Of a DNA stretch of 64,000 nt, positions 53,401 to 62,476 are shown one piece after another. How positions within the stretch are numbered: position 1 is the first letter of the stretch; the number at the start of each line of letters is the position of its first letter. Origin of the DNA: Girardia tigrina. Taxonomy: Eukaryota. Where the stretch lies: NCBI GenBank assembly GCA_001938485.1, contig MQRK01248982.1, positions 1 through 64,000 of the forward strand. Reading direction: 5' to 3'. Made by a program: the position numbers and the translations under genes. The notes under the pieces are model-generated. The model saw nothing but the letters and a program-made list of their open reading frames with translations. It was not told where the DNA came from and did no database searches.

Positions 53401-56400
53401 CGATAAATTATTAGTTCTATGGTAATTTGTCGATTGAACATGACGTAAAGTCAGTTAACAGAGGGAAGTATTAATTAATGTGAATGTAAATAGAAAGACC
53501 TGCTGTTACTATTTTAATGTTAATGTGTTTCATTTAAGTTGTATATATCGCATAGTTTAAATTGGGAAAGAATATTCTGAACATAAACTTCCCTTCACTC
53601 TGAAGTCACTCTCCTTTAAATCAGCAGCTTCTCCGGAGAATTTACAGCTGGCGATATTGTATCTTACCTTCCAACGATCAATTAAAGAACGGTTAATCTG
53701 TCGGTCAGAATCAGCGCCTAAAACTTACGTGCTTTTTCCAAGAGAATTGAGCTTGTAGGGCTGGTGACATTCTTTTCCCGCATTGTTCTAAACGACAAGA
53801 TAAATGCTTAGTCAACGTCCTCGAAAGTTGATTTTATTTGACAGTGTGTAGTTATGTTGATGCCGCCACTTTAAAATCTTTGCAAAATATTCAGTTTTTT
53901 AGACTAGATTTTGCTCACGATGCTGCGATCGATGGCATACTCGGTTGCAATATCTTTCATCGCTTTACTGCTTCTAAACTGTTGTAGGATTACATATTTC
54001 TGCTATAAAATCAAATCATTCCTCTTACGTTTGCTTGCCATTAGTACAGTGTGATGTAAGTTGTGATGTGTCTTGCTTATTCAACCACTGAGCATCATAA
54101 AACAGCAGAATATCCAAGTGTTTCTTTATTTTACCATGGCAACAATTGGTCTTTGTCATACCACGATTCACTAACCACTTAATCCACTTAACTTAACATA
54201 CCCACCCACTGTACTATTAATCTGGAACAAAGGAGGCGTCATGACAGAATAACATGTGTTATAAAACGAGTTGTGCCAGTAACCGAGCAGAACTCACAGT
54301 AAACTCGGGCTTCCAAAGTTCATGCCACGAAACCCCATGTTATTAATCGGGTTCTCCTATTAACCGAGGTACTATTAATCGAGTTCTACTGTAGAAAGAT
54401 TATAAATAAAATAATGAAACAATCTCAAAATAGTATCTCTGAATTTTCTATATACACCCATAATACAGAAGATATTTAGAGTAGTTTAATTAATTCGAAG
54501 AATAATCGTTGTAAGATTATGTTGTGGGATCGCTGAAAATGGGTCAGCGATTCGCTTAGAGTACTAGAAAACTTGGATCGAAAAATAGTATTATGCAGAA
54601 AAAATATTGTTTGGATAAAGTTTGGTTGGATTACCAGAAGCAGTTTTTATTAATATTTAACAGATTGTGTTTTCGCTTTCTTAACTTATGATCATTTGAA
54701 TATATTAATTTCAAATTATTAATATTTTAAATGTCCTTAATTTGACTCATGAATCACTAGAATTCTAGGGTTTCATTGTTTTTTATTTGTTAATTGTTAA
54801 TCATAATGTTTGTTTATTTACTCATAAATTAATTTTAAGACAATTAGTATCATTTAAAAATATTACAGACCACTCAATAACGCCATCCTAAAAGGTAATG
54901 TTGATAATGCTCGAAAGATTCTGCACATAGTTCAAAAGCATTGTGAATGGGCACTGGATTTAGTTAATACTAGCGGGCATTCTGCATTAATACTGGCACC
55001 AGCTTGTGATGTACCACCAGATTTTATTGAAGATCTTCTGAAAGCTGGCTGCAAGCTTGACCTTTGGGATGATACTGGCAAATCGGCAATTATTTACGCA
55101 ATTGAATATCGAAATACACAAGCATTAGAAGTGTTACTGAATCACGGTACCTACTCAATCTTTGCTCGTCATTCAATGATTGTTTCTACAATTTAGTGAA
55201 AAAACTTAATTTGACAAGTCTTCTAAGTCGATATCAAACGTGCTATTATACACCTTTGCAAATAGCTTTGATGCATGGCTTCAAAACTGGCGTTCAAATG
55301 TTATTGGAGCTAAAGGACTGCAATGGAAAATACATGGTCGATGTAAATGAAACTGGTTTGATGAATGCTGAGTCAGCACTCCATATCGCTGTTAGTCACG
55401 AGTGTGACATAGAAATGATAGAAATGCTTCTATCTCGTCCAGATTGTGAGAATTCTGTCCAATTATTCTTTTATCATAATGTCTATTATTTAATTTTTAG
55501 TTTTTTATTTATATTTTAATTAGTTTTTATAATTTTTCCATTCTTTTTATTAGCTTACTTTCTATATATACTGTCAGACCTCTCGTATCTGTATCTCTTC
55601 TAACCGTCACTTTCTCATTCCATCGCGATTTTCATTTGACGGAGCTTCAAATCGCCATTGAAAACTATCTCTCAATCCGTCACACTTTCGAAAATATACA
55701 GGTCTAACTGTATATATATATATATATATATATATAATTATCTTCAAACTTGGTACATTTACTCATTCTCGATGACAATAAATGATTATCGAAAATTTGA
55801 TCAAAAAAACTTCTTAAGGTCTCAAAATGGGAAAAAAACACAGAATTCGGAGTTCCAGAACAATATTAATTTAAAAAGATCTTATAAATTATAAGTAGAT
55901 CATATTAATTTTTTGTGTTTTTTAAATCATTTTTTTAATTAGAACTTTGTTGGCAAAGTAGATTTCTGTCTGCATAAAGAATAAATATAAAAAAATTATT
56001 TTTTTAATAATTCTGAACACTTTCTCAAATTTCTTAAATTTTAGTGTTTTAATTTGCTCAATTCTGATAATACTTTTTCCTTTCCATATTAAATATTGAT
56101 ATATTCAGACATAATAGAAAAAGTTTGTTGTAAAATAAGATAAAAGAAATTAATTTACGGATATCTTGTCCCATTAAAATATACGATCCTGTTGAGAAAC
56201 GTACCCATTTTAATCAAATAAACTTTTATTCATTAAATTCGGGCCGTTAAATTTCATGAGTATTTTCAGAACGAACGTAAATTATTTTATCAAAAATGTT
56301 TTCTTTTTATTTGTTATTTTCAAAAATTTTGAAAATGTCATTTGAAAAGTAATAGTCAATTTTGTTTCCTCTTATAAATAATTTTTAGATTTGTTTTCCT

Positions 56401-59400
56401 AGTAAAAATTAAAGATCAGACAGAAAACCAATGCGTTTTTTGGAATAGTGACTCGACATATGCATATAATATAATAATAATAATAATAAGAAGAAGAAGA
56501 AAAGAAGAAGTTCTAATGAGAAATTATAACAGTGACCCAGACTTTACACTTCATGTGCGCATGATCGGCGCAATTGCATTTGTACCCCCTGATAATATTG
56601 AGGTTGCAAAGGAGATTTCCAAATTTTAATGGTGCCTTTTCGATATTTTGCTTCCTTCGACCTCTATATAGTTTAAAGTGATGCTGAATGCCCACGGTGT
56701 TCATTGCATTTGTATTCCCTGATAATAAACAAGCGGGGTCAAAACGGTGGGGTCAAAACGGTGGAGTCAAAACGGCGGGGNNNNNNNNNNAAACGGTCGG
56801 GTCAAAACAAAGCAGGGTCAAAACAAGCGGGGTCAAAACGGTAGGGTCAAAACAAAGTGCTTCTAAGTAATATTATAGATAGAAAATGAATGTCAAAAAT
56901 ATAATTTATTTATAAAAAATATCAGAATTACAACAGTAAATAATTCCAAAAGAAACAAAAAAATTAAACTGAGAAAAAACATATCAGTGAAAAATTGACC
57001 TAAACATATGTCACAATGTTATTCAGGTCTTCTGGAAACAGCTTTGACTGAACCAAGGTATTTATTGTGTTCCGTGGGTAAAACATGAGGGAGTTTGCAA
57101 AGATTTATAACAAAAAACAATCGATAAAGATCGAAAAATTTATTAAACTGTCGTACATCGAAATAAAGTTATGGTTGCCTGGAAGGTTCGTGCTGATTTT
57201 TTAAAAAAATCTGAAGCAAAATGTTTATGTATAAACGATTAATTAATCAACAATGTATGCACCATTTTTTCAACAATCATTTGTTAGGTTTTCGAAAAAT
57301 ACTTATGAACACTTTTGATAAAATTTTATGTAAAAAAATTTTTAATAATTCTTTTGGCAAAATTATTAATTTCAAACAAAATAATCAAAATTTAGAATTG
57401 AAAATTAAAAATATTTTAGTCTTTGTTTTATTCTATCAATTTTCAAGGCTGATGAAAACCACTATATAAACAGCAGCAAATTTAGTTTAGTTTGCCCAAA
57501 AATTTCTAATCTAAAACTACAAGAAGTAAGAATCGTAAAGTTTATTTTTATTTTTTTTATTTATTCGATTAATATTCCTCTATTGAAAGTTCTGATCGAT
57601 AGTACCCTGTATAGGAGAAGTAGATCATTGTAATTTTCAATTGTTTACGGTTATCGTTCGTTTAGAAGATTTAGAGTTTGAAAATAAACAAACTGTGATC
57701 TGATAAACTCGCATCGAATATCCGTTTGTGAATACGTCTATTGATACTATTGAANNNNNNNNNNNNNNNNNNNNTGCTATTTTGTGTTATTGAAAAATAA
57801 AGTATTTGGAAAAAGAATTTTGTGTTCATTCATTTATATATTTATGTTGGAAGTCCTTTCTGATTAATTGGAGTCAGATTTCAGATTAAAGATTAAAGTT
57901 TAAAGAATAAAGATTTGTGTTTTAAAAAAGTAAATATTTAAAGTTAAAGATATGTAATACTCAACACTTTTACCATTTTTCTTGTACCTTCAAAAAATCA
58001 TCCTTTCAAAACTTCTTAGGTTTTTCGTCAAAAGGTTGTTCAAGATGGGATTTCAAGACATCCAAAGACTCCAAGTTCTTGTCTTTAATATAATTTTTCA
58101 GCGATCTAAATAGCTGATAATCAGAAGGGGCAATGATGGAGGTATGGTGGGTAGAGTAGCACATCCTAACCGAGGTCCAACAACTTTATACTCTTTGGAA
58201 TTATCATGATGTAACGCAACACCCTTCCTGTTTGCTAATTCTGGGCGTTTCTCGTGGATCGCTATCTTTAATTTATCTAGTTGGTAGCAGTACTTGTCTG
58301 AATTAATCGTTTGGTTGTTTGGAATGATGTTATAATATAAAATTCTTTTGAACATACATCACACACAGAGCATGACTTTCTTAGGATGAAGACCGGCTTT
58401 GGTAATGATACATAGGGGTTCATCTGGTTTACTCCAAAATCGTTTTTGCTTCACATTTTTATAAAAAAATTCATTTTTCATCACCCGTCACTATTTGTTC
58501 TAAAAAAGGTGCATTTTCATTGCGCTTGTAAAGCGAATCACAATTGGATATGTGATTTAGCAGATTATGCGGGCGATTCATGTAATTGTGCTTTACTAAA
58601 GGCTCATGGACGGTGGTTTTCGGTGTCTTCAGTATTTCCTCTAATTCATTATTCGTTTAGTGAGTATTGGTCTGGACCTGGTAATCATGGGTGTTGGAGG
58701 GTCTGCCAGTGCGTTCTTTATCTTTGAGGTTGAAATCACCAGCTCTGAACTTAGAAAATCACTTGCAAACTGTTCTGTCAACTAGGTTATCCTTACACAA
58801 AACATATCTTATTTCTTGCTTTAGTAGCATTCTTGTCTTTCTTGAAATAGCTCTTTGTTTTCTTCCATTTTCAAATCGGCGACCAGCAGATACAAATCAA
58901 CTTAGAAAAAAGGTTTCTTTTCTAATGATGAGTCAGACAATCACTTTTCATCATAACTAAACCATTTACAATTTTTTTATGCCTTTGACATATTCTGTCA
59001 CATGCCCGTGGCATATTTGGACAATCGGCCTCAATTTTCCGGACAACCCTATACAAATATCAGTGTACTGTTTAGAAACATTTAGAAATGAGTCACTGTA
59101 AAAAGTTATAACGAAGGGATAAATTTGTTCTTTAATTTATTATCATTATTATAAAAATAATAATTATTATTAATGTGAATCGTATTATTATTAATAATTT
59201 TGTTATTATTATTGTTAATGTATAGATTATCTTTTTTGTATAGTTGTTATGGTGATTATTATTATTACTACTACTACTATGATTATATTTATCAGTTTTT
59301 TTATATTATGCTCCTTTTAGTACAAATAAATCAGCCATTGTCTAATAACACAACTGCATTGCATGTTGCAATAAAGATGAAATTAATTGAAATTATATAT

Positions 59401-59962
59401 TTATTGAAGTCTCATGATGCGGTTGATCTTTCTCCTCGTTCGGAACCCGATCATAATGTATTATAAAGTCAAAGTACCAAATAATTATTTACATTTGATA
59501 TTTTAGATTGATGATTCCGAAGATGAAATCGATGAAGACAATGATGATAATTCGATGAATTGTATTGAAAGTGATCCGTTAATACCGAAAAGAAATATAC
59601 CAATTGAAATGAATGTTTACCAAGAAAGTCAAACAAATAATAACGTAAATGGTTTGACCGAATCAATGAGGCAAATGAGTTTGAGTGGAGATTTAAAGCA
59701 CCGATTGATAAATCTTTTGCTACTTTCACACGAACCCACTTTGAACATTAATGAGTTACAGCAAATTGTGAAGCCACAAATGAATGTAATTTTCAAAAAA
59801 TACGTCAACACAGAAAACCATAAAAAAGACGTATCTGAGCTTTTGGATCGGATGAATTGTTTACCGGATTCTGTGGGGCAGTTAGTTGAAAGTCTTCAAA
59901 AAATTAGGCGCTTTGATTTAATTCAAAAGATACAAAACAATCTAGCGAGCACAGTAGAGTGA
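5382..59962 (+). CDS. NFKB: Spliced NF-kB p105/Relish-like gene (RHD-IPT-NLS-linker-ankyrin repeats-death domain), about 846 aa from 16 exons; the first two exons are tentative
   Basis: Exons 5382-5406, 5455-5497, 6980-7130, 16629-16798, 18030-18088, 25217-25354, 25403-25504, 29777-29847, 29897-30017, 32760-32795, 36922-37284, 41480-41621, 54869-55146, 55197-55445, 59321-59457 and 59507-59962 join through GT-AG introns with compatible phases (2541 nt, no internal stop). Motifs appear in the order expected for p105/p100/Relish: GFRFRYxSE, LVT..PH, NLGI, VVRL..SDPI, IPT, RKRK, HDFA..QDDVGDTPL, ankyrins, death domain. Confidence 0.9.
5455..5497 (+). CDS. Candidate exon 2 of the NF-kB-like gene ([14 protein letters not shown])
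   Basis: CTGACAG acceptor and AG|GTAATT donor; phase 1 in and phase 2 out, which fits the exon at 6980. Confidence 0.45.
6980..7130 (+). CDS. NF-kB-like exon: RHD DNA-recognition loop ([50 protein letters not shown])
   Basis: GFRFRYxSE matches the Rel signature RxxRFRYxC/SE; TTTCAG acceptor, GTGGGA donor. Confidence 0.9.
7576..7936. mobile_element. MITE-like element
   Basis: Terminal inverted repeats tacaagctttt...aaaagcttgta; no coding capacity. Confidence 0.6.
7977..8188. mobile_element. piggyBac-type MITE
   Basis: TTAA duplicated on both sides; TIR CCCTTCGTAAC / GTTACGAAGGG. Confidence 0.8.
9055..9230 (+). repeat. Diverged copy of the 3' end of exon 6980-7130 plus its donor and adjacent intron
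   Basis: tgaaggcaacaaag....ttgtaaaagtgggagcaattt matches 7103-7143. Confidence 0.75.
10687..12053 (-). mobile_element. Decayed Tc1-like transposon
   Basis: Imperfect TIRs (gcaaaagtatctgaccacc / ggtggtcggatgcctttgc); transposase starts at 11869 ([14 protein letters not shown]...) and has frameshifts and stops. Confidence 0.8.
14543..15939 (+). mobile_element. Tc1-like (DD34E) transposon with long inverted repeats; transposase 14821-15786 has a 48-nt intron, an internal deletion and frameshifts
   Basis: HTH and GRP motifs, [29 protein letters not shown]; identical inverted repeat at 14556-14691 / 15794-15929. Confidence 0.9.
16629..16798 (+). CDS. NF-kB-like exon: RHD ([25 protein letters not shown]...SSPGDHEIK)
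   Basis: LVT....PH motif of the RHD; TTTTAG acceptor; phases 0 and 2 fit the neighbouring exons. Confidence 0.85.
18030..18088 (+). CDS. NF-kB-like exon: RHD ([19 protein letters not shown])
   Basis: NLGI..K motif of the RHD; TTGTAG acceptor, GTGAGT donor. Confidence 0.88.
18570..20520 (+). mobile_element. Internally deleted Gypsy LTR retrotransposon (gag-like segment joined to RNase H end and integrase)
   Basis: [17 protein letters not shown]...C..CQ zinc finger, [23 protein letters not shown]; polypurine tract agggggg followed by TG at about 20418. Confidence 0.88.
22200..22600 (+). mobile_element. Mariner transposase remnant
   Basis: Degenerate DN...H and YSSDL..C (YSPDLAP) motifs. Confidence 0.5.
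23250..23760 (+). mobile_element. hAT (Buster/ZBED5-like) transposase remnant
   Basis: FSVQL(D)ES..LA..LV.IRY...DLFFC and [10 protein letters not shown]...F..IC..MGSEH.QLLL. Confidence 0.7.
25217..25354 (+). CDS. NF-kB-like exon: end of RHD-N (...[28 protein letters not shown])
   Basis: VVRL and SDPI motifs; TTTCAG acceptor, GTGAGC donor. Confidence 0.88.
25403..25504 (+). CDS. NF-kB-like exon: IPT start ([33 protein letters not shown])
   Basis: Follows a 48-nt intron; resembles IPT 'LKI....G...GEEI.LL..K'. Confidence 0.8.
26215..28165 (+). mobile_element. Mutator/MULE-like element remnant with a tandem-repeat terminal region
   Basis: Array of aaaacgt(g/c)ga at 26227-26490, with an inverted counterpart at about 28120-28160; transposase remnants YIG..FP..RTNNA (about 27030-27160) and [11 protein letters not shown] (about 27890). 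Confidence 0.65.
26275..26460 (+). repeat. Tandem repeat of about 12-nt unit (aaaaaaacgtgg)n
   Basis: Directly visible array of about 15 units with variable A-run length. Confidence 0.95.
29777..29847 (+). CDS. NF-kB-like exon: IPT ([23 protein letters not shown])
   Basis: TTTCAG acceptor, GTAATA donor, phase-compatible. Confidence 0.72.
29897..30017 (+). CDS. NF-kB-like exon: IPT end ([40 protein letters not shown])
   Basis: Follows a 49-nt intron; resembles the IPT pattern 'Q.AIVF.TP....S.P..F.Y'. Confidence 0.8.
30219..31011 (+). mobile_element. Internally deleted mariner
   Basis: TA-flanked TIRs ttaggttgaggaatatgttcccgccgttt / aaacgacgggaacttattcatcaacccaa; transposase starts at 30404 ([14 protein letters not shown]), with WVPH and a C-terminal ERWEEVV remnant. 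Confidence 0.9.
31058..31370 (-). pseudogene. Kaptin (KPTN)-like gene fragment
   Basis: [27 protein letters not shown]...HIY...IGFNPL resembles kaptin [26 protein letters not shown]...NIY...LQFTPF (recalled from memory). Confidence 0.6.
31440..31790 (-). pseudogene. RhoGEF DH-domain (PLEKHG5/7-like) fragment
   Basis: Manual translation [26 protein letters not shown]...EEIFSNL resembles QQEAVWELLHTE..YI...LFSNI; in-frame stops present. Confidence 0.6.
31900..32480 (+). mobile_element. hAT (ZMYM1-like) transposase remnant
   Basis: [14 protein letters not shown] and [11 protein letters not shown] remnants. Confidence 0.6.
32760..32795 (+). CDS. NF-kB-like 36-nt exon carrying the NLS ([12 protein letters not shown])
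   Basis: TTTCAG acceptor, GTAAG donor; basic RKRK directly after the IPT domain, as in Rel proteins. Confidence 0.82.
33598..34150 (-). mobile_element. Truncated mariner (3' half)
   Basis: [20 protein letters not shown]; TIR ttgggttggccaaaaagtc. Confidence 0.85.
34190..34520 (+). repeat. AT-rich dispersed repeat, also present at about 38050-38445
   Basis: Shared blocks ttttacag.cat, ggcg.gataatt.aattaaca and taaatatgtgaattgtt. Confidence 0.7.
34526..35811 (+). mobile_element. Non-autonomous Tc1/mariner-superfamily element
   Basis: TA-CAGGGTG...CGCCCTG-TA ends; transposase N-terminal remnant [13 protein letters not shown]...FKKKFG. Confidence 0.65.
35330..35478 (+). repeat. Solo-LTR-like fragment, related copy at about 57780-57966
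   Basis: Shared ttggagtcagatt and aaagaataaa blocks; both end in tgtaatac.caaca. Confidence 0.55.
36922..37284 (+). CDS. NF-kB-like exon: acidic/Ser-rich linker with IETD|G and DSGIHS motifs
   Basis: TTCTAG acceptor, GTGAGT donor; open in frame with ORF 37038-37310. Confidence 0.82.
38525..38741 (+). pseudogene. Na+/H+ exchanger (SLC9/NHE)-like exon fragment
   Basis: [13 protein letters not shown]....[16 protein letters not shown] matches the NHE TM2-3 pattern 'LAK..FH....VPES.LLI..G'. Confidence 0.7.
39754..41054 (-). mobile_element. Full-length but inactivated mariner
   Basis: TA-flanked TIRs cgtggtacgatccataagtccttaga / tctaaggacttaggaatcgcaacacg; transposase 40885-39846 with [22 protein letters not shown] and [10 protein letters not shown]; frameshifted. 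Confidence 0.92.
41480..41621 (+). CDS. NF-kB-like exon: pre-ankyrin helix ([47 protein letters not shown])
   Basis: Resembles p105 'ALFDYAVTGD...AVQDENGDS'; GTAAGC donor; splicing to the next exon gives GDTPL. Confidence 0.88.
41717..43400 (+). pseudogene. Multi-pass membrane protein (possibly gustatory-receptor-like) gene fragment interrupted by an RT insert
   Basis: [12 protein letters not shown] followed by hydrophobic helices ([31 protein letters not shown]); GTAAGT...TTGCAG intron at about 43287-43348; stops and frameshifts. Confidence 0.35.
41882..42687 (+). mobile_element. Isolated Gypsy reverse transcriptase fragment flanked by 70-bp direct repeats
   Basis: [53 protein letters not shown]; repeats at 41812-41881 and 42688-42757. 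Confidence 0.85.
43890..44644 (-). pseudogene. Nup214-like N-terminal beta-propeller fragment
   Basis: [21 protein letters not shown]...AYCVSWSPK resembles Nup214 VIDMKWNP...VTSVCWSPKG; stops and a frameshift; truncated after WSPK. Confidence 0.55.
45268..45494 (+). pseudogene. Ubiquitin-like domain (one frameshift) ending in GG, leading into the Gag-like region
   Basis: FPIFMK...[10 protein letters not shown][fs][44 protein letters not shown] aligns along the full length of ubiquitin. Confidence 0.85.
48459..51925 (+). pseudogene. Disrupted ~1150-codon accessory/env-like membrane protein ORF of the retroelement
   Basis: ORFs 48459, 49017 and 49473 share one frame separated by single TGA codons; frameshifts lead to ORFs 50041, 51432 and 51584; TM helices at about 49689-49751 and 51525-51596. 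Confidence 0.6.
53560..54391 (-). mobile_element. Truncated pogo/Tigger transposon (5' part)
   Basis: TA-CAGTAGAACTCGATTAA TIR; [10 protein letters not shown]... CENP-B-like HTH remnant. Confidence 0.7.
54869..55146 (+). CDS. NF-kB-like exon: ankyrin repeats ([10 protein letters not shown]...GHSALILA...GKSAIIYAI...LLNH)
   Basis: Three ankyrin consensus units; TTACAG acceptor. Confidence 0.9.
55197..55445 (+). CDS. NF-kB-like exon: ankyrin repeats (YTPLQIAL...ESALHIAV)
   Basis: Follows a 50-nt intron; ankyrin motifs; GTGAGA donor. Confidence 0.9.
56728..57300 (-). mobile_element. MULE-like remnant with (ggggtcaaaac..)n terminal tandem array
   Basis: Tandem array of about 15-17 nt at 56730-56855 spanning a gap; degenerate transposase C-terminal remnants nearby. 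Confidence 0.45.
57970..59051 (-). mobile_element. Decayed mariner
   Basis: [25 protein letters not shown]; TIR end ttttccggacaaccc-ta. Confidence 0.85.
59321..59457 (+). CDS. NF-kB-like exon: last ankyrin repeat ([11 protein letters not shown])
   Basis: TTTTAG acceptor; TALHVA motif. Confidence 0.88.
59507..59962 (+). CDS. NF-kB-like terminal exon: acidic stretch plus death domain (...[21 protein letters not shown]), TGA stop
   Basis: Follows a 49-nt intron; the C-terminal helices match the death-domain pattern 'TV..L..AL..I.R.D....I'. Confidence 0.85.
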   Translation: MDDSEDEIDEDNDDNSMNCIESDPLIPKRNIPIEMNVYQESQTNNNVNGLTESMRQMSLSGDLKHRLINLLLLSHEPTLNINELQQIVKPQMNVIFKKYVNTENHKKDVSELLDRMNCLPDSVGQLVESLQKIRRFDLIQKIQNNLASTVE

Positions 59963-60367
59963 CTGTAGTTTCGAGCAACCATAATTATCTATGTTTACAT
60001 TTTGACTTCATCATTAACAATAATGACTTAAATTAAATCATTTTATCAAAGAATTTCTTCATAATCATGTCTTAACGATGGAACCGTCGATATCGATTTC
60101 GTTTTTTTTGGGGTTTACTTTCTATTGAATATGATTTTCTTTTTAGGAAAGCTCATTTCAATAACTTAACTAGAGACTGTACTAGAAAATTTTCATTTTC
60201 AATAGAAAGACACCCAAAAAGAACAAAAATCGACTTTATTTTCGTTGGATATAGAGATTATGAAGAAATTGTTTGAAAAAATGGTTCCTGGTTTCGTATT
60301 GATGTCTTATATTAACAAATAAATTTAATTAATAAATAATTAGAATTTGTTCTTTTGTTTGGAAATA

Positions 60368-61000
60368 CAGTGACCTCTCGCTATAACGCGAAGCTCGGGA
60401 GCCAAAGGTTTCCTCGCGTTATACTGAGGATCTTATTGCGAGGATCTTTCGGTTGTAAAAATGATAATTTACACGTCTCTAAAATCCACGCGTTAAAAAC
60501 AATTCGATTAAGCTTACTTGACTAAAATCATGAAGAGAAATTCCTGCAGCTAATGAATTTATTGATTACAATATAAAAGTTAAGTACATACAATGTTGAG
60601 ATATAAATGAGGATAAGGTTTAGTTGTTAAAAGTTTAAAAAAATCGGTTATTTTTGTTTGTTTATGCTGACTATGCGATAGATTTTGAATAGTTGCAATC
60701 AAGCCTTTAAGTTTGTAAAACTTCATATCATCGATTTCAGATTTTTGGGCTTCAAGAAATTGCTTGTGCGGCTGTTAGAATTGTTGAAGTCGCAAAAGCA
60801 ATGAATCTTCAGTATCTGTTTCACTGTGTGTTTGATTAACCGAAGCATCTTTTAAATCATTATGAATAATTTCGTTGTCACTTAACATTTCACTGGATAT
60901 TATATCCTCATCGAGACTAATCCATTGCTGTAGAATCTCCTCCCGTTGTTCATTGTTTCCTTAATCGAGATCGAAATTCTCACAATTCACTTATTCCTCC
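60368..61000 (-). mobile_element. pogo/Tigger 3' remnant
   Basis: TA-CAGTGACCTCTCGCTATAACGCG TIR; KQKITDFF C-terminal motif on the minus strand. Confidence 0.6.
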
Positions 61001-62355
61001 TTCAACAAAAAAAGAAACTAGTACGGTGTTCATAATGGAAGTGAAAAAAATATGCCTTGAAAAGTTTTGTTTTGCTGCCACGATGTGGAGGACTACGTTA
61101 ATCGTGACAATTTATCTGTAGTATCGCACTTTTTTACATATTTATTGATATTCATTTGTACTTACAATGAAGAACAAAATCCAAAAAATCTCAAGTGGCG
61201 ATAAATGCTCGCAATGTAATTTCGACAATATCATTGCAACCAATGTTTGTGAACTGCGCGCAATAAAAATAATCATATCCTTTGTTCGCCGTCCTGGCCA
61301 CGTATATGCTCAAATTTCTGCAGTGTAATTGTGATATTTATGAGAAACCCCGGGGTCTTATCTTATGTGCAGAACCCTCTGGATGCGGTATTTTGAAATT
61401 CAATGAATATCCTAAAAAATGTCGATTGTTCGGTACAGTCCAAAGGTAGCCAGGAAAATGACCTGTTGTAGAAGAGTTATGGCCCTGGATTTTCTGCGGT
61501 TTGTGATGGGTCCATTTTAAATTTGTTGTTAATAGTATTGTTGTTCGATTCATCATTTTAAAATAATCGTCTCCGACAATTATTCAAATTGTTTTTCTGA
61601 TAATTATTAAATCAGGTACGATATTTAAGTTGAAATAATTGTTAGTCGTAATTTAATTATTCAAATAAATGAAACAGAACTTGAACTCAGAAAAATTGAA
61701 AAAGGGGATTTAGGAACAGTAAATTATTATACGTTCGCATAAAAATTGTTATCAGTTATTTCATACAAATTCGTTTGAAAATCTTTGTCACAAAAACTCG
61801 TTCATAAAAAAGATTTTCAGTAACCACAATTTTCGTTCATTGAAATTAGTATCGAAATTCGTCAATCAGGCAAAATCGAAATTTTGTGAAATTGAAAAGT
61901 TCAAGTTCGTTAACAAAAATATCAAAAACCAAAACGTAAGCATATTTTCCACAATTGTATATTCGTTGCCTCTTTTACCTTTGGGGTTTCATTTTTTAAG
62001 TAGGTAAAGAATCGTCGCACTTTTTTGTTAGAAACACGATAATAATATTAGTCATAAGTATATGTTTTATTGGACACTAATAGCTATATCAATTACGGGT
62101 GAGTCAAAGGACCGTCTTTTTATATGCACGAGACTGACTGGTCTTGTTGCGTTTGAGAACGTTTTTATATGACGAATTACTCTCGTTCAAAGGGTTAAGG
62201 TGATTATTAAATTATTTAAGAAAAAAAAATAAATCATAAATTTGAACATCTCCAAAACAAATTTCAGTATTCGAAAAATAAAATTGAAATCAGCAAATTA
62301 ATAAATCACTTTTGTAATTCAAAATTTTCGGCAGTCAACTCACCAATTCGTAAAG

Positions 62356-62476
62356 GGGGCCATCCAAAATGAGGTCACACAGAAAAGCGGGACATAATTT
62401 TGTGACAAAGTATGACGTGGGGGAGGGGGCGTTGGAAATATGCTAAAATTGTGTGATTTCATTTATGGACAGCCCC
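62356..62476. mobile_element. Short MITE (PIF/Harbinger-like termini)
   Basis: Inverted termini ggggccatcca.aatga.gtcacac / gtgtgatttcatttatggacagcccc. Confidence 0.65.
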
